A stretch of DNA of 64,000 nt from Lobosporangium transversale (lineage: Eukaryota): positions 1,054,001 through 1,118,000 of the forward strand of contig NW_019028981.1 in the NCBI RefSeq assembly GCF_002105155.1, written 5' to 3'. The translations under genes were made by a program, and so were the position numbers. Within the stretch, counting starts at the first letter, position 1; each line of letters starts with the position of its first letter. Shown here piece by piece: positions 1-13,408 of this stretch. Under the pieces are notes generated by a model. The model was not told the DNA's origin. It worked only from the letters and a program-made list of their open reading frames with translations, and made no database searches.

Positions 1-1435
1 TTGTAGTAATTTTGGTCGCGGTGCTCAAATGCATCTAGCATGGCATGTGCTACTGCAGACTCCTCGGAGCGAATAAATCCATCAACGCTTTTTTTTTTTT
101 TTTTTTTTTTTTTTTTGAAAGAAAACAAAAATATGTAAGCGGAGGGATGATCATTAAAAAATAATAATAATAATAAAAGCGACCCAATTCACTAAAAATA
201 ACTGCAGCGAAGGGAGAGATCCTTACGCACAAAACTCCTGGAATCTTTTGCCGGCTTCGACTTCGTCTCCTGCTGCGAGCTGTACAATAACAATACTCAA
301 AAGGGTTTTGTAATATGCATGTTTGTTGGCAGAGTCACTCTGCACCTTTCCAAGTCGAAGCAAAATCTCGGTTGCCTTCTCATATCTGCATTGGATTAAA
401 ATCAGTAAGCTAACTCACTAATTCAGGCGCATTGGTAAATCACAAAAAAACCTGCAGATTTCTTACCTCTTGTTTCTGACGAGAAGAGCAATGGTTCGCT
501 TATATGTGTCTGTGGCATATTTGGCACGGTCCTCACTTTCATATATGTTGCAGGCTCCGATATACAAATCCATGGCAGCATCTACAGAAATGGGTTCCAT
601 AGCTCTATTGTTTTGACAAGAGATGTGTTTTGCCATAGGTGAGGATTTAAACAATAATATGTTGATGGCACATAGTAAACGCCTTTTAACACCATAACAG
701 AGTTTGTCTCTCTTCACGTACTTCGCGCCCTTTTCCAACATTTCCGCAGCACGATCAGGGGTCATGTTTTGGATAAATAATTCACTAGCACGCTTGAAAA
801 TGTCTGCGGCACGTTCGGGTTGTCCCAGGTTCTGCAGACATACATTTCCAGCGTTTTCGAGAGCACGACCCGCCATGAAGAAACTATGTAGAGTGATCAA
901 AAATAAATAAACAAATATATATAAAGAATAATGAATCAGAAAGAGATGATAGAAAAAGCACAGAAATGTGGAATTTTACTGGATACTACTTTAGCGGAAC
1001 CATACCTAGTGGCATTGACCATAGCATCAGAGGCTTTGATAAAGGCTTGAACTGACTGCTCATATGACTTCCCAGCTTTGAATGATTGCGCTGAAAGGAT
1101 TAAAACAAAACAGAATGTATGAGTGATACAGGTTCAAGTGTGCACATTGAGCTGCATGGTACCTCGCAATTTGGCTGAATACCTTACCTGCTTTCTCGTA
1201 GTATTGCGCAGCAATATCCCAGTCCGGTTTCTTAAAGAAGCTCTTTTGGGTGCTGTGGCACAGAAAGGATGAAGAAATGACATGCGATGAGACTCATGGC
1301 GTTATGCATTCATTTGACCACATGTTATTTCACAGAATGTTTGTGATAAAAGACAAGCAAATGGCAATACTTTTTCTCTGCCTCATGCATGAACTTGATG
1401 GCATCCTTGAGACGCGATTCTTCCAATGCTGCCAT
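1..1435 (-). CDS. NAPG: Gamma-SNAP-like (soluble NSF attachment protein gamma), multi-exon, 3' end runs off the window
   Basis: ATG at 1435; GT-AG spliced exons read MAALEESRLKDAIKFMHEAEK / NTQKSFFKKPDWDIAAQYYEKA / AQSFKAGKSYEQSVQAFIKASDA / FFMAGRALENAG...PDRAAEMLEKGAK / AMEPISVDAAMDLYIGACNIYESEDR / ...IVIVQLAAGDEVEA / VDGFIRSEE. The FFK-PDWD-AA--YEKA motif is typical of SNAP-gamma. Confidence 0.85.
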
Positions 1436-1644
1436 GATAGCTGTGTTTGTTGAATTTGAAAAAAAATAGTGGATGTGGTGACGAAGAAAGAGACTAAGGA
1501 GACGTTTGCATCATCAATTTGGAGTTGGGCGACAACCGATTCAGCACAGCCCATTTTGTCCTAGAGTGGCTTTTGCTTTTGATCAAGTTGCCTTTTCTTT
1601 TTCTTTTTTTTTTTTACATCCTTACCCACCTTCAGAAAGAAAAT
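1436..1644. promoter_or_regulatory. Probable compact bidirectional promoter between gamma-SNAP and FAP7
   Basis: Divergent start codons only about 210 bp apart; inferred from gene geometry only. Confidence 0.5.
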
Positions 1645-2492
<848 letters not shown>

Positions 2493-3379
2493 AACCAGCA
2501 GTGTTGAAGCATATCCAACTATCGCCAACTCAGTCGTCTCCATCACAACGATGTAAACCATTTGTAACAATAGCTGAATAAAATAATCATATAGACAATA
2601 CCCGATTGTTTTCTAGGTCCCATCCCTGGATAGACATTTGAGTTATCCTCTCATAGTCATCTACAGTTTTACCTCCACACATTTTCGCTTTAGAAAAAGG
2701 TATTGCTTTTAGAAAGGAATGCCATTAAAAAGGAGTGAAAAGATTTGCTCAAACTCTCTTTAGGTCAGTGTCAAAGATTTATCAAAATGACAAAGAAAAT
2801 ATTCCAGTTGCAAAACCAAGGCTCCTTCCATTGGCACCTAATTCATTCAGATGGTGCCTTGCAATAACTGGAAGGGCTACAGTCTCTCGTTGAGCTGACA
2901 GCATTTGCTCGAATAGGATCGAGATACTCATGTACATATTCAATTTAAAGCAATACCATTCAGGGAAATATTAAAAAAGAAGGATTTAAACCCGCATTGA
3001 ATGGAGGAAGGCGTAGTTGACTGAGGTCCATCATGCTTCTCGTCACATATTTGAGAAGGAACAGTTACCTTGGACAGTCCGACCGGTTTATATTCGCTGA
3101 CGAGACTATTCATCAGATTGGGACCCGCCATTCTTTACACGAAGCCTAAAACAACTTTTATACCCGAAAGAATAGCGAAATCAGTTCCTGTTGAATAAAA
3201 TTTCTAGGCTTGACAATAATAATCTGATCACCTAAACCGCTCTTTCTTCGTTTACACTGACATGTAACAGAAAAGATTAGGCTGTGGCTTTGACTCTTAA
3301 ATGGCGCGGTACTTTTTTTTAGTATGCCATGACAACCACACTTTTCATTCTTTAAAAGAAACTTCATTCAACACTCGCA

Positions 3380-6300
3380 ATGTCGGATGAGTCGTATGTA
3401 CTCATTGGAACACCATTACCGCAGATAAAAAAGACCGACATATATGGTGAACCAAAAAAGCCAAACCCAACTAGGGATCTAGAGGCAAGTCAGTGTTCAC
3501 CCAATAAAAAAATAGGGCGCTTTTAGACGTACAATAGCAAACACAACACACGCAAAAAACTAGCATGTTCATTTTCCCTTTCAAATACTTTATATCAATT
3601 GAAAATATCAAATGCAGGTGCGAGACGAACAAGGACGCAGGAGGTTCCATGGCGCTTTCACAGGCGGATTCTCAGCAGGTTATTACAACACTGTGGGATC
3701 GAAAGAAGGTACCAGTTATTTTTTCACAAAAAAAAAAAAAAAAAAAAAAAGAGCGACCAATTGCATTTTCTTTAAGGCATATAAAATACTGACGGCGGAG
3801 TTATGACACTGTAGGATGGGCGCCATCAGAATTCGTGTCTTCCAGAGACAAGCGATCGGAGAGGAAAATCGCAAGACCTGAAGATTTCATGGATGAAGAG
3901 GACAAGCAGGTATGGTAAATTAACAGATAAGTGTATAGATGCATCAGACTCCAAGCATGGCATCATGGAAATTAATTAATTGGTTGGTATGATTGTTATT
4001 TAATATTGCAATAGATGCTTTCGGATTCTGCTCGCCTTGTGGCAACGAGCGACTTCGATACCATTGGGTCTTCCAGGCGTGATCTGGAACACAAGCGCGC
4101 GACTGCAAGGCACATGCAAGAGTCCGGAGGGTATGATCAAAGATGTCCCATGCAAAGTTTGAACTGTTCATTTTCTATGGTTTTACTAGGTTTACCATTC
4201 TAATGCCTCACGTCATATTTTATATCTATACCGGAATAGTATACTAGGAGCCCTTCCAGATACCTTAATTGATGATCTGGTAGTTCCTAGCTCCGAGCCA
4301 GTAGGGATTCGTCTCTTAAAACGGATGGGATGGAAGCCAGGACAGGGAATTGGTCCGCGTGTTTCGAGGCGACAACGAAAACCAGAAGATGGGCCTATCT
4401 CAGATGAAGATATTCCCACGAATGTATCATTCGCTCCCATAGATTCTGCTATTGTGATCTTCACCAACAAAACTAATCGCCAGGGGTTAGGTTATGATCC
4501 ATACAGGGATGCACCAGAATTTGATAGGTCTTTGCAATCAGAGAAAGAGTCAAAATATCTCTCTTCGCAATCAGAAGGCAAAAAGGCTACCTTTGGGTTT
4601 GGGGCGTTTGATGACGACGACGATGAAGATGATGTGTATGGATCAGGACCTGGACCTTTGCGCTCGTTTGATCTAGCCATGGATTTAGAGGATAGACCTA
4701 GATCTCGAAGGAAAAGTCTCGATGAATCAAAAAGGTTTCAGGTAAAGCAGCTAGCTACTGATAAGAAGTATCTCTTTCTTACTGGGTAACCAAGAAAGAG
4801 ATTGGTAAATAACAAAGGAAAGATGTTTTTCTGATGACCAATAGCCAGAAGGTTTGAGTTCAATATGCTGCAGCGATGGGAGACGTCCTCTTCCCGGATT
4901 TGTACTAGCAGCAGCCCCTTCCAAGCCTATGAAGTGGTATTCAGCTCCGAAAGTGCCTGATGATTTTGTTCCGCACCACATTTTCCCCGATGATGTAAAA
5001 CCCGTTCAACAGACCAATAAGCACGAACAGCCCAAGCTTACTGCGGACGATGTGTGTAAATTGCCATTTCATGAATGTGTTGGGATCAGAATGTTAATTC
5101 TATATCGTATGCAACTCACTCATATATTCCTTAATGTCTTACTATTCAGCGTGCATTGATTCTAGGGGAAACCCCTATCGATGCACCTCGTAGATCTGTG
5201 TTTGAATACATGTCTGCTGAAAACAAGAGCCACTTGGATAACATTCTCGGTTTTGTTATGGATACAGAAGGTGACAAGCGCCTTAGAAAAGATCATTGGG
5301 AAGTACCTAAAATCGAAAAGGCCGCAGCTGAAGCTGCATTACGAGGCTTCATACCTTTTGGCGACAACATCCCAAAACAGAATCGGTATAAACAATATTT
5401 AAACATACAAGCTGGGATCTTGGACGAGAAAATCGAATTGGTTCCAGGATTTTCAGCAGAGGATATGACTAAAGAACTGAACGAATTTGTACAAGCGGCA
5501 AGGATATTCAAGCCTCTGTCATCGTCAATGGCTAACAGATTCACAGCTGCCACTAAGGTGATTGAGTTTGCACAGCCTACAGCTGGTCTGAGGTCTGCAG
5601 AAGATATCAAAGCCGCAGAAAGGTCAGGGGCTCAAAAGCCAGTTGTCGAGAAAATAGAAGTTCCGGTAAGTTTTGTTTCCCTTCCGCATATCATACTTTA
5701 TATGATTTGTTAAGCGTCAATGATATACTTACAACGTCCATACACGCATATTTATTTATTTTTTTTTTTTTTTTTTTTGTTTTCACAGAAATCGCAAGCT
5801 GCAAGAGCTGCTGCAATGGGTATGTTTGGCCCATTGACTCGTACGGTAGTTGATTTCTATCCGTCGAAACTACTGTGCAAAAGGCTCAATGTCCCGAATC
5901 CGCACCCAGATCATAAAGGTTTGGGTTCTGAGGCAGTCAAGGACCTTTTGGATAAGAAGACCATGGAGAGGATGATGATGAACAGAATCCCAGGCGAAGG
6001 CATGGCTATAGAGAATAAAAGTACCAAAGATCAGCAGCAGGACATCGCTTCTGGAGAACAGGAAACGGAGGAGGCCAAACCTGAAATGGAGCCCGAAGTT
6101 ATTCAGGAACGTCCTCCGATGGATATCTTTAAAGCCATCTTTGACGACTCAGGTTCAGATACAGATACAGATTTAGAGGCTGATGATCCCGGATTCAATC
6201 AAGGTAATACCACGGTTGAAGCGGCTGAGAAGGAAAAAATACCAGAGCCGGCGTCAGAACAGGGACCTGGGGAGCCATTCCGGCCCGTGTTCACGAGAAA

Positions 6301-7303
6301 AGCTGACAGAGCTGGTGGATTGTCTGCATCACTACCAACACGTATATCCCAGACTCGATCAAGTAAGCCAGATCTTTCTCATTTGGACGAGGACGAAGAG
6401 GATGCGGATGAGATTGGGCCTAAATTATCCATAGCCAAACCAAAAACTACGGCTAGTAAGAGAACCACATCTGAGACTGATACTCGAGTTTCCAGTCAAC
6501 ATGAAGTTGAGCATACTGTTACTTCTGAAGCAGATAGCTTAACTACAGAGGCGCTACGAAATAAGCGCGATCGCTCTGAAAGTCCAGATGGTTTTATTGG
6601 GCCACCAGCGCCAGAACTGTCACAGGCACAAGAGAAGCACACAATATTGGATGAATCAAGTGTATCTTTTGGATCAAAGGAGACTGATTCTCATTCCTTA
6701 AAGCGGCACAGAACATTGTCACCCTCATCTTCCCATCGACCATCCTCGTCTTATAAGGAAGGATCATCCTCTCGGCACAAGTCAAGGTCAGAAAGAAGTC
6801 GTGAACAACTTTCCAACAGCTCCAAAACTCGACACCGGTCGACGTCAAGGTCTCGAAGAAAGAAATCAAGACATCATGATAACGCAGAAGACCACAACAG
6901 CGAGAGCTCTGACAGAGATGAATTGACAGACCATGAAGACAATACAGGTCGGAGGAGAAAGCACAAAGAATCTTCATCGTCCTCAAAAAGCAAGAGCAAA
7001 AGGCATCGGGAGCATAGGTCCCGTAGTAGAAGCAGAAGTCCATCCAGTCGATCACATAAAGGAGATAGAGATAAGGACAGGGAAAGGGGTAAAGACAGAA
7101 TTCGAGAGTCAGATAGAAGCAAGCGATCGAAATCAGGCAAATATAAGTCACGACATCGTGATAGGGCCGAAAAGGATGAAGGTTCAGATATGGAGAGTCT
7201 TTGGGTGGAGAAGAAGGTTGATATTCCAATTTCCGCGGAACAACTACCGCCTCCTCCTCCGTCCCGACCTCTCCATCGTGTTCGTGCTTCTGATTTCTTT
7301 TGA
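3380..7303 (+). CDS. GPATCH1: G-patch domain protein 1 homolog (spliceosome-associated), multi-exon, RS-rich C-terminus
   Basis: [32 protein letters not shown] (DUF1604-type motif); [11 protein letters not shown]-patch [59 protein letters not shown]; ends RVRASDFF. Confidence 0.9.
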
Positions 7304-7785
7304 ATATACTTTCCTCTTTGTATAAAATAATAATAATAAATAAACCAATCAATCGATCGGTGGACAAGGCTGATTGAACTGAGAAACCAGGGGTTAGAAA
7401 TGTAGCACTTTGACCTTTTTTTTCAATTTAACGTTTTAAGCTAAACTGTCTCACAGCTGTGCGTGTTTTGTGTAACACGAATGAAAACAAACAGAGCAAA
7501 CAGAGCACAGCAATGGAATCAATCGAGCTCTGGGCCATTAATCATTTTGCAAGTTTCCAAGTATATCAGATAGCAACTTTAGACTGTCTCACCAAATGGA
7601 ATGGTTGTCAACCAATCATCTTATACTTAACACAGCAGTTTCACGGGTCCTCCCTTGACCTGGAAATGAATAAAAAGGCGAGCATAGCGAAAGTCAAACA
7701 GTATCTCAACTCTCCTCTAGACTATCAACGCCTACAACCACTGTTTTAAATTAACCCTCCATTTTACACAAAAAGGAAAAAGAAT

Positions 7786-8273
7786 ATGTCTTCCCAAGCC
7801 AATGCCGTCGATGCCATTAGTTCAAGCGAATTCAAGCGTTGTAAATTGAAACATCTTCTAGAGCTTTAGATCTCGTAACTCGAACTCCTTAGTTGCATTT
7901 ATTAAGCCTTTTTTTTTTTTTTTTTTTTTTTAAAAAAATGACCTCATTGCCATCGCCTTGGACTCCCTTCAACCCATGTTTGACATATCAAGTGAACAAT
8001 ATTTATACAAGCCGAGTCAAGACAGGGACCAGTCTAACATCTGAGGTCGAAAAAGATATCAAAGTGCTGGATGTACTGCTCAAACTCTTGCAAGGCCATG
8101 ATATTCCCGCAAAAGGCGATGCAGGAGGGAAGATCAAGGAGGTGTTCAAGACCCATGCAAGGATGGATCTGTATACTCCCGATAAAGCGGGTAGCGTTAA
8201 AAATGTTACAGAGGAGCGAAAAAGCCTCGTAGGTTATCGAGCGGCGCTCGCGAGTGGACGGAAAGAGGAGTGA
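7786..8273 (+). CDS. Small hypothetical protein, probably 2 exons (about 110 aa)
   Basis: ATG after an A-rich context, MSSQANAVDAISSSEFKR, GTAAAT donor; phase-compatible AAG acceptor near 7992 joins the helical-looking ORF NNIYTSRVKTG...GRKEE. No family recognised. Confidence 0.4.
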
Positions 8274-8744
8274 TCAGTATATTCGAGTGAAGCACTTTAT
8301 GTAACAGAATCTATTAGAATATACAACGCTTCGCTCAAATTCTAGAGTTTTCTATCGCCAAAATAGTTTAAATAGAACCTCGAATAAAAATTGACTTTAT
8401 TTCCCTCAGATTACCAATGTTACTTTTGCACTTTATGTCCCAACATAGGCATTTATTATTAGCTTTAATCATTTTCTTATCTGCATCCCGCGCCGTGGTG
8501 GAAGCCAGAAGTCAATGCAGTAATGTTAAAGATTCTGAGGTGGAAAGCTGAATGATAAGTTTCATATACGACGCGTAAAGTTTTCTATTTTGGGCAATGC
8601 TCACGTGAGTATTTTTTCGATCTTTGTAAGAGAATAATGACATGCTTTTTACTTTTTCATAAATAATTACCTTCAACATCCATTTATACCTCTTACTGAT
8701 TTGTTTTTTAATCTATCTTAATCTATTTTAATATATTTGTTTGC

Positions 8745-9697
8745 ATGGCTTCTCATTCTTCTTCAACCTCTCCTTCAAGTTCCACTTCTACATCGGTTAA
8801 TCCTTTGACCATCCGTAAAACACAGCAGCATGGTGGCTCATCAGGAGGTTCCACACAAAAAGGATCAGCTGCGATAGACGACAAACGTATATATGTCGGC
8901 AACCTAGACCCATCTCTTGACGAGTAAATATCGAATTCTAGATCTATTGCACTCGTATATTAATTTTGAACTCCATTGCTGGTTCTTTCAATGTCACCCA
9001 CTCACTCACTCGGCTAATTTTTTTTTTTTTTTTTTTTTTACTCTATAGATACATGGTATTGAAGCTTTTTTCCCCATTTGGCAAAATCACAAAGCTTGAC
9101 TTCATGTTTCATTGGCATGGCGCCAAGAAGGGTACACCACGAGGATATTGCTTTTTAGAATTCGAGGCTGCTTCTCAGGCTGCAGATGCAGTCAAGTATA
9201 TGAACCGTAAAAGTATAAAGATGCGTCCATTGAACGTATCATTAGCCAACATGGTATACATTAAACTTTAAAGTTTTTGATCGAAAAATGGGAGGGGATT
9301 CTCCGTTATTGTTTAATCGTTAAATATTAACATTTAACGCTTTATTCTCTCTCTACTAAAGGCACCACCAACAGCATCAGATGGGGAAAAAGGTCGTAAA
9401 CGAACAATGGATCCGAATCGACCCACAGCATTTTCGTTACTCAAGGCTGGAGGCACATTGAAGAATGCAAGCACAGATGAAAAGATCAGGGCTATGGAAC
9501 GAAAATTGGCACAAATGTCAGAACCAGTCAAAGTACCAGTACCTCCAGCACATGCTTCCTTGCCTCCTAAACCCAGCCATAAAAGTAATAGTAATAGTAG
9601 CAATAATAGTAATCATAACAGCCATAGTAATCGGGGCGGGCCTCTCCGTGGTACAGGATCGGGAGTGTCATTAGCAAATAGACGGAAACCATATTAG
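8745..9697 (+). CDS. RBM18: RBM18-like single-RRM RNA-binding protein, 3 exons
   Basis: RNP2 RIYVGNLDPSLDEY; KLFSPFGKITKLDFMFHWHGAKKGTPRGYCFLEF (RNP1); C-terminal KIRAMERKLAQM and terminal RKPY, both typical of RBM18. Confidence 0.85.
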
Positions 9698-9894
9698 ATT
9701 CTTTTTTTCTTTTTCCTTTTTCTTTTTTTTTATTCTATATTTCGTTTCTTGTCTATAATTCGTAATGAGGTGTTGTTAGTTGATAAAAACCAATGTTCTA
9801 TACTGTGATTGCGCGAAATTTTTAAAAGATTTTTTCAAACTTTTTCTTTTTTTCTTTTTTTTTTTTGTGTTGGTTTTGCTTTGCTTTGCTTTGT

Positions 9895-10541
9895 TCAGCT
9901 GGACGATCCGAATGCACTTGATCCATAAGGCCATTGTCCGAAATGCCGCATGTTCTCTTGTAAATGCAATGCCTGTTCATAAAACACAAACATGATAGCA
10001 CTCTGTAATGAAGTCCAGAAGACACGAGGTCCTACGCCTCTGAATAACCCAGAGATGATGCCATGATGCTTCAAATTCCATTTGAGTCCATCCCAGATTC
10101 CGACATAGTACTTTTGGGTGATGGCAGGTGCTGTTCCTGTTATACTTGAAGTTGGCTATGACCAGTCATATTATTCGATCGTAACAAAAAAAATATATAT
10201 AGTGTTAACTTGCGAATAAAATAGCGATAATAATAATAATAATAAAAGATTAGGCAAAAAAAAAAAAAAAAAAAAAAAAGTATAAACGTACTGAGGGCTT
10301 CTTGACCTGAGTTTGCAGTAAAGTCTTCATAACATCCAAAGGTGTGGTTAAGAATCCAGCCATGCCTCCTGCAATTGCTCCGCAGGCCATCTCAACGGGT
10401 ATTGACATCTGACCATCTGGACGCCCTTCCCACTTCTTTGCCTCTACTTTAAATCTCTCTATAATTGTAAAAAAAAAAAAAAAAAAAAAAAAGTCGATCG
10501 ATTAATCTTTTTTTTTCCCTTTTTCTTTTTCTTTTTCTTTT

Positions 10542-10578
<37 letters not shown>

Positions 10579-11805
10579 ATAGAATGCAAACTGGAGAGCA
10601 GAAAAAGGAACGTCTCTGAGCAAAGTAGCACGGTATCCCTGGTACAAAGCCCCTACGCCATCATATTTGATGATCATCTGAAGTGCATGCCATGTATTTT
10701 TGTAATTGTATCCACTGATGAATGAAGGGTTGTTGTATCGTCCTTGCAATTGCATCCTGGTCTTGAGAACTTCGGATGGGACATAGATAAATGAAGCAAT
10801 GAAATCTCCTAAGGATCCTGCTGCAAGGTGAGCAATGACATCAGGGCAACCAGCCCCAGTCAATGTGCGCTTAGTATATTCATATGTTCCAAAGTAAAGC
10901 GTTGTTCCTGGGACTGATTGTAAACGTAAAAGGCAAATGTAAATGTAGTATAAAACTGTTAATGTAACTATTTTCTAATGAAAGAAAAATATTTAGACTT
11001 TTTTTTTTTTTTTTTTTTTTTTTATAAAAAAAAAAGGAAAACGTTACGAGATCCAGTCATGGCTGGGGCAACACCACTGTAGAGTCCACGAGATATGCCT
11101 TCTTCTCGGAGAATGGTACTGTAGGCATGGAACATGTTGTGGTATTTTGGAGGGTTGACGGCTGGCTGTCCTTGTAATCGTGTCTTGACAGTGTCAACAC
11201 TAGGGGGAAAAAAGTTTATTGTCAAGAGCCATAAGATTAACAATAAAAATCCGGGTAAATATCTTGTCCGTGCACGTGGAAGCGTTCCTGCACAATTTTT
11301 GTTTCTCAGGGTCCTAGAATAATATTTACATTAGATCAATAAAAAAAATAAAAAAAAAAAAGATTTCTCATTACCTATGCAAGAGAAAGTCGGCAAGTGT
11401 CCCTCCCAATCCTCCTGCAATCAGGACCTGACAGAGAGAAAAGAGGTCCAGATCATAGACCATTAAAGCGAATGAGTGAACAACCAAATCAGCAATAACA
11501 ACAATACTAATAATAATAATAAGTAATAAAAAGGTTCTCGATTCATCCTTTAATGACTCTGAAAGAATTGAGCGTCTTACATCAACATATGGTGGATCCA
11601 TTTCTGCATTGCCGTTAATGTTTGCAGGTGTAAGGGCATGTTTTATGGAATCGGATGGGAGTGTTGTAAAGACGCTAAGGGAGTGATTATGGTGTTGGTG
11701 TTGTTCACCACTACTGCTACTACTGCTGTTACTATTACTGTTACTAGCTGTGGTGATGGTGGCATTAGGATGTGTGGATGTGAAAGAGTTGCCATTGGAG
11801 GACAT
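9895..11805 (-). CDS. MME1: SLC25 mitochondrial carrier, MME1/YMR166C-like (Mg2+ exporter subfamily), multi-exon
   Basis: Three carrier signature motifs ([29 protein letters not shown]). The [14 protein letters not shown] and [14 protein letters not shown] segments resemble yeast Ymr166c as recalled. ATG at 11805, TGA at 9895-9897. Confidence 0.85.
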
Positions 11806-12806
11806 GGCTCTGTGAAAGAGCAAGGAGACAATAATATAACAGAAAAAAGTTTCTCGATCCGATTAACTATTTGATGAACTGGAATGAAAAACAACCGAGA
11901 ACGAAAGCAACACACAAAAAAAGAGGGAGGGAGAGGAAGGGAGGGAAAGAGAGTAGTGGGAGTGGAGCGAAGTGGAAAAACGCAGAGGAAAGGAAAAAGA
12001 ATGATTTCAGAGAAAGCGAACGAGGAAAAAAAAAAAAAAAAATCATTAACGAGGAAAAGAGAGCCATTGAACACCTGCCATAAGAGGGAAAGAAATACAT
12101 GTAGAAATACATACGATATATGCTATTTTTGACGCGTTCCGAGTGGTCAATGGCCAATGGCATGGTTCTAGTATTTTACGAGTCACATGATGACGACAAA
12201 AAAAAGTATAAAAGCATTGAGAACATTCTTGTTCTTTGTTTTTTGTTTTGCGCGATAAGATTATCATTATTGTCTCCTTGGAAAGAACAATACCCTGATG
12301 CTGAAGGAAATTATACAACATAAGCATGATGAGGTTTTGATCTTTATTAGCACTACTATGTAATTTAAAAAAAAAAGAAAAAGAAAAGAAGAAGCCAGAG
12401 TTTGTCAAATATTATTACTGCTATTACTTTTGTTGTTGTTTTGGTGTTGTTTTACGCCATGTATTCATGTATCGTATGGAACGAGTTATCTGCAATTTAA
12501 TTTCCTTTTTTTTTTTCCTTTTTTTTAACGCATCATCATTTTTTTTTTGATCTTGGCACAAACATCTCGAAAGATTCGATTACCTTTTTTTTCTCATTTA
12601 TATGTTCTCCTGATCCTCTAATTGATATTTTTGTTTCTCAAAGAGTGAAGACTCTAGATTGAAAGTAAAGCAGAAAAAAAAAAAAAAAAAAAAAAAAAAC
12701 AAAGGTGATGTCCAGATCAATTCTACATGATCAGTTTATAAATTCTGATGAAACTTCTTTGCCACCAAAATTGCAACCAACGTAAACAACAGAGGGCAAA
12801 GAAAGG

Positions 12807-12837
<31 letters not shown>

Positions 12838-13297
12838 TCTTTCCCCCCCCCTTTTCCTTGGCAAAACATCTTTTCTCTCTTTTCCTCTCTCCCTGTTAAC
12901 TGCACAAGAACAAGATACCCCTGCTCACATGTTTGATTTTTAACGGATGGACTACAGATACACAGCAAAGAAAGAAAGATCCATGAGGGGCGTGGATATT
13001 TATGTTTTGAAGCCTATTGACGAAGCTCCTCTTTCTTTCTGCGACATGTATTTTTGATCATGTAGGCTACGACGTCTTTTTATACACCAACACCAAGTAC
13101 TAGCTGTCACATTTATCGCTATCCCCATCATCGTCATCATTCCTCCCTTCACTCTACCCAGCCTTGTCCAGCGTAAAAAGACAATAGCAAGAAAGCAATC
13201 CATGACACCATGGATAAAAAAGAGGATACCAGCAACAGGTAACTTGTTTGAATTAGCTCAGTTGATCTTTTTCAACTCTTTTACTTCTTTTTTTTTT

Positions 13298-13408
13298 TGT
13301 CTTTGTCTTTGTCTTGTCTTGTCTTGTCTTTGTCTTGTCTTGTCTTGTCTTGTCTGTTGTCTTGTCCTGTCTTTTATTATTATTATTATTTATTATTATT
13401 ATTATTTT
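13298..13408. repeat. Compound microsatellite (TCTTG)n/(TCTTTG)n followed by (TTA)n
   Basis: Directly visible tandem repeats. Confidence 0.9.

Noticed and set aside
2840..3131. Possible two-exon microgene (MAGPNLMNSLVSEYKPVGLSK...) on the minus strand
   Set aside because: Needs a weak GAG acceptor and has no recognisable homology.
6594..7367. 257-aa antisense ORF over GPATCH1
   Set aside because: Shadow of the low-complexity RS-rich sense frame.
8571..8608. ACGCGT and TCACGTGA motifs upstream of RBM18
   Set aside because: Short motifs expected by chance; no conservation evidence available.
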